From the NCBI RefSeq assembly GCF_009914755.1, contig NC_060939.1: a stretch of 64,000 bases of DNA. One strand, written 5' to 3'. Numbering within the stretch: the first letter of the stretch is position 1; each line of letters begins with the position of its first letter. Below the pieces are notes generated by a model that was not told the origin of the DNA, made no database searches, and saw nothing but the letters and a program-made list of their open reading frames with translations. The position numbers and the translations under genes are program-made. Below, in pieces: positions 1 through 14,120 of the stretch. This DNA comes from the human T2T-CHM13v2.0 reference genome, Homo sapiens.

Positions 1-705
1 GATAGATAAACTCATATGAATGAAAGCCCGCTGAGACCCTCAGCCATTTCTAAGAGAGGGTGAAGGGTTCCTGAATGCAGTGTGTTTGCGATCTGTCAGT
101 CTCAACCAATCATTCTTGCTGTGCAGAGTAGTTCTTGCACACAACTAAACCACCACTGTCTGGCAACCCTGGCACCACTGGGCACCTGTGGTCATGGAGA
201 CAGGCCAGGACGTTGCAAAGGCAGAGTGCCTTCCTGGGCCTCTCATCTGGGCCGCTCTCCCTGTCATTGTGGCTGACAGTGCCTGGCAGTCACCTGGGCG
301 GGCCCCTGCTTCTCTCTTTGGGCCAGTGTTGGCTCTGGAGGCTCCTGGTGCATCTTTGTCTTCAGTCTGAATGCTGCACTCAGACTTTACCCTGGGGACA
401 GGCAGGACACTGCCTCAGCCACCTGGGTAGCCGTTTGTGTGATTACCGTATCCAAGCTCCATGACTCATTCCTTCTCCACTGCCCCCACCCTACCCCATT
501 TCCAGACTTGAAATGGTCTCCCACCTGCAGGCCATTGGCTCTATTGCGTTTCACCACGAATCTGATCTCCTCCGCTTTATATCTTCCAGAAATTCTCCAA
601 TGTTCTAGTCTGTTGGTGGCATTTTTCCTGGTTTTCAAGGATTTCTAAGTGTTTTTATATTTATCCTACTACATCAGAGGGTGGGGGAGATAGGTAGGAG
701 AGGTG

Positions 706-1174
706 CAGTTGAGCCTTGAACAATGTGAGGGTTGGAGAGCCAACCCCTCACGCAGTCAGAGCTTGTATAACTTCAGGCTCCCTCCAAACTTAACTAATAA
801 ATAGCCTACTGTTAACTGGAAGCCTTACTGGTAACATTAAAAAATCAGTTAACACGTACTTTGTATGTGTATTTATACTGTATTCTTACAATAAACTAAG
901 CTTGGGAAAATAAAATGTCATTAAGAATATCATAAGAGAAAGCATTTACTAAGTGGAAGTGGATTATCATAGAAGTCTTCATCCTCGTTGTCTTCATGTT
1001 GAGTGGCTGAGGAGGAGGGGCTGGTCTTGCTGCCTCAGGGTGGCAGAGAGGAAGACATGGAGGAAGTGGGAAGGGAGGCAGGAGAGGCAGGGACACTTGG
1101 TATAACTCTGATTGAAAAACATCCCTGTGGGTGGACCTGCACAGTTTGAACCTGCGTTGTTCAAGGGTCCACTG
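706..1174 (-). mobile_element. Tigger2a (MER28)-like DNA transposon, TcMar-Tigger
   Basis: Terminal inverted repeats cagttgagccttgaacaa ... ttgttcaagggtccactg; internal sequence resembles recalled Tigger2a consensus. Confidence 0.85.
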
Positions 1175-1373
1175 TGCTTGAAAGTGTTTAGTCAGCAGTC
1201 CTGAACGACATGTAAACAATGGTTGAATGAAGGAGCAAGGGAGCCTAAGGGTGGGGAGAGGCGGGTGTCGGCAAGGACCTTCCTCCAAGACAGGGTTGCT
1301 GCGAGGGGCAAATGGTGACTGATGATTCACAAGAAGGCGTACCTGTGTGACAGCACCTGTAAGCCAGGTGGGA

Positions 1374-1429
1374 TCAGTGCGGCCTGTCGTCTGCTGTTGT
1401 CATGTGGAGCTCAGCAAACGGTGGGAGTC
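1374..1429 (-). CDS. Last coding exon of putative 101-aa spliced ORF (GLPPFAELHMTTADDRPH*); exon extends to donor at 1343
   Basis: Acceptor tatgttgtcccctag|GA at 1429, stop TGA 1376-1374, donor CAG|GTACGC at 1343. Confidence 0.45.
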
Positions 1430-1563
1430 CTAGGGGACAACATACACAGCTTAGCAGCAGGTGCCCCTCTCTTCGAGCCTAATTTAGCCAATGGGAGTTT
1501 AATTTAGCCACGGGGGCGTAATTGCTAGAAGAAAAGAGAAGAAAAAAAACCTGATGCCCTCAC

Positions 1564-1805
1564 CGCCTTCCAATCCTGACTCTTTAGGAAAAGCCTGGAT
1601 CTCCGACATCTCCAGAGCGCCTGACCAAGCGTGAGAAGGCGGGATGTAGCCGGGGTGTGTGTGTCGGGGGGTGGCAGGATGCTCCCCAGAGGCGGAGAGC
1701 GGCGCGTGGGGGGTGCTGCAGGCGTCCTGGGAGTTTGGGGGCGCCGCCCTTCCTCCTGCCTTGGGCCCAACCGGTGGATCCTGTCGAGTCTGTTGTGGTC
1801 CCCTT
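1564..1805 (-). CDS. Main exon (242 nt) of putative 101-aa Pro/Ala/Gly-rich spliced ORF
   Basis: Acceptor ctctctgtgcttttcctaag|A, donor GCG|GTGAGG; overlaps track ORF 1499..1819 (RGPQQTRQDPPVGPK...ESGLEG). Confidence 0.5.
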
Positions 1806-2121
1806 CTTAGGAAAAGCACAGAGAGCCCTTTAAAGATGTTGACCTGACAGCAGCAGGGGGCCCAGGGTGACCACGGAGCAAATCAGGGAAAGGAAACTTA
1901 GGTCGCCACACATTTGATTTAAAAGAAAATAACTTCCCTCCTGAAGCAGGGGCTGGGGTAGGTGCCCTGGCACAGGCACAGAACCAGAGAGAACCCTTGC
2001 CGCTGCTCCGGAATGTCGGGCCACACCCTCCGGATACGGGAAAGGCTTTCTTCTCCATTTCAAATGACCCTGTTTCGCCTTTTTTAGATACAAATGTTTA
2101 TTTGGTCTGACTTTGAAATAC

Positions 2122-2152
2122 CTCGGAGCAGCTGAAATAATTGAAGGCAGCC
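2122..2152 (-). other. Candidate 31-nt cassette exon
   Basis: Acceptor gtgctgctcttacag|GG, donor GAG|GTATTT. Confidence 0.4.
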
Positions 2153-2641
2153 CTGTAAGAAGCAGCACTTCCAGACCTTCTCACGGGCAAACCCTCTGCT
2201 GGGACCGCCAAGGGCCCCCGCGAGACACCTGAGGGTCAGCACAGCCCCTCCCTCCCTGTGCCGTGCTGGCCGTGCCGCAGCTGGTCACCCGCACGAGGAC
2301 CTCGAGATTGCCCTGCGGACTGGCACTTCTCGAGGGAAGTCATCGCAGCTGCCATGGAGACAGCATTTGTCGGGGACCTGGCACGCAGGCCACCGGCTCT
2401 GGGAGAGGGCTGAGGAGCCGTGGGGCTCACGTTTCAGGGATTAGCTTGTGTAACTTGACTTGTTCCCCCAAATTCTACAAGTACAGAGAATATGCAGAAA
2501 TCTGTGAGAGAAACAACCTTCTGCAGCTCGTTGTTGTGGGGATTATATTAGTAAGATGCCTAGAAAATACGATTCAGAAGGAATGTGGGTGCGTGTGACT
2601 TTGTGGTGGGTGGGCTCCACTCACCACCCTCCCTCCGCACC

Positions 2642-3186
2642 TGTCCGAGGCATTTGAACCAGAGCAACTCCATTTCGAATAGGGGCCGGTAAAATAAGGC
2701 TAAGACCTACTGGGCTGCATTCCCAGATGGTTAAGGCATTCTAAGTCACAGGATGAGATACGAGGTCGGCACAAGATACAGGTCATAAAGACCTTGCTGA
2801 TGAAACAGCCTGCAGTAAATAAGCTGGCTAAAACCCAAAATGGCAACAAGATGTGTCCTCTGGTGGTCCTCACTGCTACACTCCCACCAGCACCATGACA
2901 GTTTACAAATGCCATGGCAACATCAGGAAGTTACCCTATATGGTCTGAAAAGAGGAAGCATGAATAATCCACCTCCTGTTTAGCATATCATCAAGAAATA
3001 ACCATAAAAATGGGCAACCCACAGCCCTTGGGGCTGCTCTGTCTATGGAGTAGCCGTTCTTTTACCCCTTTACTTTCCTAATAAACTTACTTTCACTTTA
3101 TTCTGTGGACTCGCCCTGAATTCTTTCTTGCCTAAAATCCAAGAACCATCTCTTGGGGTCTGGATCGGGACCACTTTCCTCTAACA
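2642..3186 (+). mobile_element. MER41A solo LTR (ERV1)
   Basis: TG...CA ends, 4-bp TSD cacc, close match to recalled MER41A consensus (gaaccagagcaactccat..., ggggtctggatcgggacc), AATAAA near 3080. Confidence 0.92.
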
Positions 3187-3280
3187 CACCCACTGAGAAG
3201 TGCTTGCTGATGTTAGGGTTCACAGTGTCAGGGGCTGCCGTAGTGTCACCCCATTCTACAGATGAGAAAACAGCCTCAGA

Positions 3281-3564
3281 GTTTTTTGTTGTTGTTGTTT
3301 GAGATGGAGTCTCACTCTTTCCCCCAGGCTGGAGTGCAGTGGCGTGATCTTGGTTCACTGTAACCTCCGCTTTCTGGTTTCAAGCGATTCTCCTGCCTCA
3401 GCCTCCCGGAGTAGCTGGGATTACAGGTGCCCGCCATGCCCGGCTAATTTTTGTATTTTTGGTAGAGACGGGGTTTTACCCTGTTGGCTAGGTGCCTCTC
3501 AAACTCCTGACCTCGTGATCCGTGGGCCTCTGCCTCCCAAACTGCTGGGATTACAGGCGTGAGC
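3281..3564 (-). mobile_element. AluS inserted into a MIR
   Basis: Alu consensus, TSD tcagagttttt; flanks carry MIR core acagatgagaaaacagcctcagag. Confidence 0.93.
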
Positions 3565-3979
3565 ATCAGAGTTTTTAAGTCAGAACTGGAGCCTGAGCCC
3601 GACAGGTGACACAACCCGGTCTTCCCTGAGGGGCTGGCACGCCGCAAAAGGTCGCCAAGCTCTCCCTCTTCCGGTGTGAGGTGTAGCTCGCCGGTGGGTA
3701 TGCACAGGGAGTCCTCTATTTTGCTCGGTTTTGCCTGGGACCATGTGCTCTGTGTGCTGCATCATGGTCTCCACAGTGGATCTCGGTAGGCACAGCTGGA
3801 CTTGGTCCTCAGTTGCCTGCTGTGCCCTGCTGGGGATCTTTTTGCACGGGCCATTCCCCCTCGCACTTGCCTTCCCTCCCCCGCTCCTGGCTGGCTCCCA
3901 CTCTTGGCCGGGGCTCAGGCAGGATTCTCTACTAGACTCAGCAAGGCACCTGCAGTGGGCCTGTAATAGGAGGGAGTGG

Positions 3980-4566
3980 TGGGTCCGGAGTTGGTTCCTT
4001 CCAGTGGGATTGTGGTCTTGCTGATTTTGAGAATGGAGCCCCAGACCTTCCTGGTGTTACAGCTCTCAAAGAAGACAAGGACCCAAAGGGTGAGCAGCAG
4101 CAAGAGCTATTGTGAAGAGCAAAAGAACAAAGCTTCCCCACCACGGAAGAGGACCCCAGCAGGTTGCCTCTGCTGGCTCCGTGTGGAGAAGGGTTGGGGG
4201 GGAGGCAGCTTTTATTCTCTTATTTGTCCCCGCCCATGTCCTGTTCCTGTCCTATCAGAATGCCCTTTTCTCAATCCTCCCTGCGATTGGTTACTTTTAG
4301 AATCCTGCTGATTGGTCCATTTCACAGAGCGCTGATTGGTGTGTTTTACAAATCTCTTGCTAGCTACAGAGCACTGATCGGTGAGTTTTTACACAGCACT
4401 GATTGGTGCATTTTACAATCCCTTGCTAGCTACAGAGCACTGATTGGTGCGTTTTACAATCCTAGCTACGGAGTGCTGATTGGTTCGTTTTACAATCCTC
4501 TTGTAAGACAGAAAAGTTCTCCAACTTCCCAGTGGACCCAGGAAGTCCCGCTGGCTTCACCTTTCA
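3980..4566 (-). mobile_element. LTR12-family solo LTR (HERV9/ERV9)
   Basis: Minus strand starts tgaaaggtgaagccagc; tandem ctgattggt (CCAAT) repeats; 4-bp TSD gtgg. Confidence 0.92.
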
Positions 4567-4800
4567 GTGGGGCTGTGTTTAGGGGACAATTCCACTCAGG
4601 CATAGTGGCCTGATCATGGGGTGCAAAGCTGGCGGCCAGACAGCCTTCCAGGTGGTGACTTTTACTATACTGGGGATGTGGCTTTATGGAGCTATGCTGG
4701 CCCACTCCCTCCAGAAGGAGCCTGATGGATCAAAGATGGAAACCAAAAAAATACCGGAAGAAAATGATTAAAAACAAAAAACGAACAAAACAAAACTGTT

Positions 4801-5106
4801 GGCCAGTTGCGGTGGCTTAAGCCTGTAATCCCAGCACTTTGGGAGGCCAAGGCAGTCAGATCATTTGAGGTCAGAAGTTTGAGATCACCCCAACAAACAT
4901 GATGAAATTCTGACTCTACTAAAAATACAAAAGTCAGCTGGGCATGGTGGCGTGCTTGTAGTCCCAGCTACTCAGGAGGCTGAGGCAGGAGGATCACTTG
5001 AACCCAGAAGGTGGAGGCTGCAGTGAGCCAAGATTGTGCCACTGCAGTCCAGCCTGGGTGACAGAACAAGACTCTGTCTCAAACACACACACACACACAC
5101 ACACAC
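4801..5106 (+). mobile_element. Alu (J/S) with (CA)n tail
   Basis: Alu consensus; tail converted to CA microsatellite at about 5083-5106. Confidence 0.93.
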
Positions 5107-5389
5107 CCCTGTAATCTTGCAAAGGGGTGAACTCTTTAATGATCTTGCAAAACCCTGTGGCCATAAACAACATAATTGATTTATTCTACCCGATAAGAAA
5201 AAAAATATATCTGCATGGCAGAAAACATCCTGCTTAAAGTTAAAAAAAAAAAAAAAGATAAACAGAAAAAAATTATGGCACATTTGTAAGATGGAATTTA
5301 CCCTGCAGTCATGAAAAAGAATAAGGTATACTTATGTCTATGTGAAAACAGAATCATATGCATAATAATATATGCAACTTATGTCACAG

Positions 5390-6200
<811 letters not shown>

Positions 6201-6346
6201 TCAGAGTATATTGTTTCATGAAAAAGAGGAAGCTAGAGGGTATGTGTATAGATTTATCTCATTTGTTCGAATGAGTGTATGTGTGTGTGCACACAGAAAC
6301 TCCTGGTAGGATGCATAAAATATGGACGTTAGTGTGTTTTCTCTGG

Positions 6347-6657
6347 TGCTATGAACTGAATGTTTGTGTACTCCTCCCCCCAAATTCATATGTAGAAATT
6401 TTCGGCCCCAGTGCGATGGCATTAGGAGGTGGAACCCTTGGGAGTTTAGGTCAAGAGGATGGAGACCCCAAGCTCTCTTCCTCTTTCCCTGCCACGTGGC
6501 CATCTGCAACCTGAAGAGAGCCCTCCCCATGACCTGACCATACTGGCACCTTGATATGGGACTTCCAGCCTCCTGAACTATGAGAAATAAATGCCTGCTA
6601 TTTATAAGCCACCCAGTCTATAGTCCTTTGTCATAGCAGCCTGAGCTGACTGAGACC
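6347..6657 (+). mobile_element. MLT1A-like MaLR LTR
   Basis: tgctatgaactgaatgtttgtg ... gagaaataaat ... tagcagcctgagctgactgagac. Confidence 0.85.
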
Positions 6658-6756
6658 GTCAGGTAAGTGGCCTGGGGTCTGGGGTGGTAGCATTCCTATT
6701 GTCTCCTTTATTCTGTTGGAATGTTTGACTCCAAGCATAAAGGACATTTTTAGTTC

Positions 6757-7057
6757 TTTTGTTTTTTTGGGTTTTTTTTTGAGAGGGAGTCTCACTCTGT
6801 CACCCACGCTAGGGTGCAATGGTACAATCTCCACTGCAACCTCTGCCTCCTGGGTTCAAGCAATTTTCCTGCCTCAGCCTCCCGAGTAGCCAGGATTACA
6901 GGCGCCTGCCACCATGCTCAGCTAATTTTTGAATTTTTTGTAGAGATGGGGTTTCACCAAGTTGGCCAGGCTGGTTTTGAACTCCTGACCTCAGGTGATC
7001 CACCCACCTTGGCGTCACAAAGTGCTGGGATTACAGGCGTGAGCCACCATGCCCGGC
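6757..7057 (-). mobile_element. AluS
   Basis: Alu consensus in reverse, T-rich tail. Confidence 0.93.
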
Positions 7058-7346
7058 CATTTTAAGTTTTTTAAAACACTCAAAGCCATGCCTTGGGGAG
7101 GCTGCAGTCTGGCTCTGTCCCACCCTTGCCTGCTGCTGGTTGGAAGTGGGACCAGCCCAGCTGCTCCTTGGGTCAGGGTCTACAAGGCCAGCCCTGGAAA
7201 GGCAGATCCACAACACAGCCAGTGCAGCACCAGGAAGGGTGCCCTGGGCTGAAGTCTGCATGGGGCAGCAGAGGCAGAGCCTGCCAGACCTGCAGACATT
7301 TCTGCAGTTGATTATGTTCTTACTTGTCCCTAAGATGAGCACTTAC

Positions 7347-7425
7347 CTAGGCATAGCTGATGCCCTCTGGTGGGGCCGGGGGGGGGTGGTGTCCCAAATC
7401 TGATGGTGGAGCAGCAGGGGATCCC
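7347..7425 (-). other. Candidate 79-nt exon carrying ATG (7354-7352) of the 101-aa ORF
   Basis: Acceptor ctgttggtctctacccacag|GG, donor TAG|GTAAGT; ends ATG CCT AG. Confidence 0.6.
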
Positions 7426-7725
7426 CTGTGGGTAGAGACCAACAGGCAGGCTCTGTGCCGTGGGCTGGCTGGTGTACCCAGGAGACCTCAGCTCACACCC
7501 TCCTGGGAAGGACTGCCGGCCACTTCATAGGTGGAGCACAGAGGTGCTGGCTCCACCCCCTGTGTGTGCGTGGCACTCTGTAGTCACCAGCCTGGCTGTC
7601 TGCCTCCTTGTTCCAGGCATGGTCTCAATGGCCTCAGACCCTCCCTCCTGAGCCTGATTAAGAAGCAAAGCACCCTGCAGTAGGGGACACTCTTCTTAGG
7701 AGGAGGCGGCAATTCTCACTAATAA

Positions 7726-8380
<655 letters not shown>

Positions 8381-8781
8381 GTGTATATTTTTCTAAATAG
8401 ACACCTGACCATGCTTAGGTCATCCATCGAAATTCCCTAGCACTTGCTGGCTTCCCTGAATTCAACTGAATTGCGCGTGCCCACTGCTGCTGCATAACCT
8501 ATGGCGGGCACAGCCATGGGATAAAGTGGGCAGTGTGCACACATTCCCCGCACAGTCTGTGGCCTGGCCAAGCCCCTGGGCATTCGAGGCTCCCGGCAAG
8601 GCTTCGTGTCCCGACAGTTTTGGGTAGGGGCAGGAGGTGGGTGAGCCCGGATCCCAGCAGCAGGCATGGCTCCCTGGGTTTTCATGTCATCTGTGCCCCC
8701 TTCTACCAGGATCCTGCAGCAGCTGAAGGGAGACCCCTCTCCTTTTAAGGGTTAAACCCCCAGTGGCACAGAGCAACTTAC

Positions 8782-8831
8782 CTGCCCTTGCATGGTGAAC
8801 ACTCCCATCTTTATCACATCAGTAATTCTTG
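8782..8831 (-). other. Candidate 50-nt exon
   Basis: Acceptor attacatctgcttttag|CA, perfect donor CAG|GTAAGT; contains aagATGg at 8808-8806. Confidence 0.55.
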
Positions 8832-9279
8832 CTAAAAGCAGATGTAATTTTGAAGGTGGGTAAAAGTAACTTGAAAAGTTGGTGGGCAGATGGCAGAGAG
8901 CCTGCTCATCCTTCTTTCAAACTGTCATCAGCTGCACAGGTCTCAGCTGCCATCTCATACTATTATTATTGCTATTTTGCATGTGTGCACACCTCTTTCT
9001 GTGGGTGTGGAGGGAGGGGACTGAGCAAAGCCTCAGGGAGGCCACATACGTTCTCAGCGCCATGCTTGGCTGGTGACTGGTCATGCACCATTGGCAGGGC
9101 CTGGAGCACGTGCAAGGAACAGAGTTCCCGGCTCTGCACACTCAACATGTGTGTTTCATACTGTCACCTGGCTGGCTCCTCTTTCTGGGTCTGTGTGAGC
9201 AGAACAGAACACACACTGGGGACAGAGCTTGCCCGAGGGGCTGCCCAGGTTATTTCCATCTTGGTGATGATGACACCAC

Positions 9280-9400
9280 CCTGAGCTCATTTCTTCTTCA
9301 CAGCAATCCCAGGAGATGGGAACCACTGTTATCCCCATTTTCTTGATAGGTAGACTGAGATGTGAGTGAGGGGAACAGATGGGACAAAGCTAGGACCCAA
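9280..9400 (+). mobile_element. MIR fragment
   Basis: ctcatttcttcttcacagcaatcc...atccccattttcttgataggtagactgag resembles MIR core. Confidence 0.6.
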
Positions 9401-10098
9401 GGACAGGTGAAGGCAAGGAGGGACGATGCTGCTAATAATCAAGGCCATTCATTTGGTCCCACCCAGAAGCCTGGGCAAGTGGAGACAGCTGGCACTACAG
9501 AGGCCATGGGGCAGGGGCAGTGGAGGCCAAACCAGGGGGCTTGATCAGCACTCTGTCTGGGAAGCCATTGAGATCCCAGGTTCCTTCCACAGCATGCCTC
9601 AGACAAGCCTCGAAGTTTGTTCTTTGGGGAAATTGTAGAAAGGTGGCTCTAGGCTCAGGGGCTGAAGGACAGCAGAAGGCAGGGGTGGGGTTCTGGACTA
9701 AAAAGGGGTCGAGGTATAAGAAGAAAGACTTCACCTACACTGAGGAGATCCCCAAGACCCCCTCCCGACTCTACTCCCAGGAAGTTGGCAGCATGACCTA
9801 CAAGTACCAGGCAGGACATATGTTCCTAGAGAGGAGACCTAAACATGTTTGCAGGTAAGGGTTGCCCAACAAAGAATCTGCTATAGCCACCAGTCTATAA
9901 CCATCCCCTGCCAGCAAGAAGTCTTCAGTGAGCTCTTCAGGGCTGTGCCCTTGGAGATGAACCAACTGCCCACGGTCACTGAACACAGGAGTGAAGCAGC
10001 CAACATGGAGCACAACCAGCAACACATAGGGAAGAGGCACTCAGAGGAAGCAGAGGGAAGGGGCAGAGCAAAGCTCAACATGAAGCCCCTGTCAGTCA

Positions 10099-11780
<1,682 letters not shown>

Positions 11781-12546
11781 GAGGAAAGGAAGAGGCAGCC
11801 CTGCCAGTTGCTGGCTGCCATTGTGAGCTCTTTGGAGAATGGGATGCGGGTGCAGGAGTGAGGGCAGTCAGCATCAGGGGGACCAGGAGACTCTGGGGAG
11901 TTTGAGTCTTTAAGAAATGGAAGACGTTTCCATCCAGTGGGCAACTAGAGGCAGACATCCTGGGTGTGAGAAGCCAGCGGGGCTTTTCTCTCTTCTGCAG
12001 GAACTCCTGCCAAGCTGTGGCAGTTGCATTTGTTGGTGGGAAATGGCCCGCAGAAGAATCCAGCCCCCAGTGCTGAGGTGCATGGGAGAGACTGTGGTGG
12101 GACTAGGAGAGTGATGGTCTCTAGGCAGCTTGGAGAAAGCAAGGGATAGCATGGCTCCTTTGTGGTGGGATTGGAAGGATGGAGGGGAAAGGAGGTTGGG
12201 TGAGGGCCTCTGCCTCTCAGGAAACAAGGCTGAGTCAATGTGGTGGGAGCAAGGTCGAGGCTCCATCTCATGCCAGGAGACAGAGCCATGAGTCCCCCGA
12301 GTTCAAGGACCAGGTGAGATCCTGGTTCTCGTGGCCCTTCCCTTTCCTCCGCTGGGGTCTGTGCTGGCCCCTGTCAGTGGCCCTTGCTGAGGAAGGGGCA
12401 GAAGGGTGGTCTGCAAGGGAGGGAGGAAGTGGGAACCAGAGAGGTGGGAGGCAGAGAAGGGGCTTGACTGCTGGAGGCAGCTTAGGGGGAGGCTGAGCCC
12501 CAGCCCCAATTCAGCAGAGCCAGGAGGCAGAGATGTGGGTGGGTGG

Positions 12547-13095
12547 TGTATTAGTTTTCTATTGCTGCATAACAAATGGCCCCAGAACTTAACAGCTTAA
12601 AACAACACACATGTATATATCACATAGTTTCTGAAGGTCAGAGATTTGGGAGCGGCTTAGCTCATTATTCTGAGTGTCGAGGACACGTGTGAGATTATAG
12701 TTGAGCTGTTGACTGGGGCAGTGGTCTCTGAAGACTGGACTGGGGTGGAGGAACTGCTTTTATGCATACTTATGTGACTGTGGGCTGGAGGCCTCTGTTC
12801 CTCTCCACATGGGCATCTCCAAATGGCTGCTCAGGAGGTGGCTTTTCCTGGAGCAAGTGATCATACAGAGATAGAAACAGAGAGACAGAGAAACACAGAC
12901 AGAGAACATAACGAAGAGAGAAGCCATGGTGCCTTTCAGAACCCAGCCTTGAAAGCGGCATGTCATCACTTCTGCTGTATTCTCTGGGTCCTAGATGCAG
13001 TGTGGGAGGATTCCACATGAGGCTGTGAAGGCTGGGAAGCGAGATCACTGGGGGTCATGCTGGGGGTCATCTTGAAGGCTGACTGAGCGCAGCTC
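12547..13095 (-). mobile_element. MLT1 (E-H type) MaLR LTR
   Basis: tgtattagttttctattgctgcataacaaat...cttaacagcttaaaacaaca. Confidence 0.75.
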
Positions 13096-13289
13096 ATCAA
13101 CTGGGCACCTACTGTGTGAGAGACTCTGAGCTTCAGGCTGCGGCTGTGATAAGGTCTTGAAGAAACACCTGCTCCCAAGGGACTTAGGCTCTCAGTGGAA
13201 TTCCAGTTCTTCTGTCTGTATCCCTCACTCCAATCAATCTATATCTATCTATATCTATATCTATATATTACTTTTTAAAATTGTTATCT

Positions 13290-13588
13290 ATTTATTTTAT
13301 TTTTGAGACAGGGTCTCACTCTGTCACCCGGGCTGGAGTGCGGTGGTGCCATCACAGCTCATTGCACCCTTGACCTCCTGGGCTCAAGTGATCCTCCCAC
13401 CTTAGCCTCCTAAATAGCTGGGACTACAGGCACGTGCCATCACTTATGGCTAATTTTTGTATTTTTGGTAAAGATGGGGTTTCACCATGTTGCCCAGGCC
13501 GGTCTCGAACTCCCAAGATCAAGCAATCGGCCCACTTCGGCCTCTCTAAGTGGGATGAGATTATATGTGTGAGCCACCGCACATGGCC
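13290..13588 (-). mobile_element. AluJ
   Basis: Alu consensus with J diagnostics (cctcctgggctcaagtgatcctcccacc). Confidence 0.9.
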
Positions 13589-13889
13589 TTCAATTCTAAT
13601 TTTAAGAATAGAATAGTTGGCTCCTATCTGCTTCCCCTTTTCAGTCTTATCACACTTACATGTTCCTTATTAGTCTCGTGCTATCTCTTTGCTGTAAGTT
13701 GGGCATATTTTATTAATTCTGTTCGTCAGATGGGAAAACTGAAGTTACAGAGATAGGCCAAGTATCGGCCAAAGGCTTTCAGTGGTGATGAGCCCAAGGA
13801 TGGGAGGACCGGGAAGAGAGCTAGAGGCTGCAGGTTCCTTAGACGCCCACCTGCAGTGGTGGCTTTCCCATTCCTTCTTACGTTTCACA

Positions 13890-14120
13890 GATGTCTCTGT
13901 TCTAGGCACTGGGGACATGTCATGAACAAAAAAAACTCCAGCCCCTTCTCTGTGGAGCTTATGGCCCAGGAGCGGGACAGGCGTTGGTCCAAGTATTTCA
14001 CAGATAAGTACATAATTACAAATGGAAAACACCGATTTGAAAGCAAGTGCAGGATGAAATGAGATTGCACAGAGCCTGACTTGGCTCAGGGCCCGGGAAG
14101 CACCTCTGAGGAGGAGGCCT
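13890..14120. mobile_element. L2 fragment
   Basis: tgttctaggcactgggga...cccttctctgtggagcttat typical of L2. Confidence 0.55.

Larger units (their letters stand above)
1500..2430. promoter_or_regulatory. CpG-enriched, GC-rich segment (weak CpG island-like)
   Basis: Visibly higher CpG density than flanks, e.g. ggcggagagcggcgcgtgg, gggggcgccgccc; not computed formally. Confidence 0.4.

Noticed and set aside
4300-4500. Regularly spaced ctgattggt repeats resembling a CRISPR-like array
   Set aside because: Known tandem CCAAT repeats of the LTR12 U3 region; spacers are not unique and the DNA is eukaryotic
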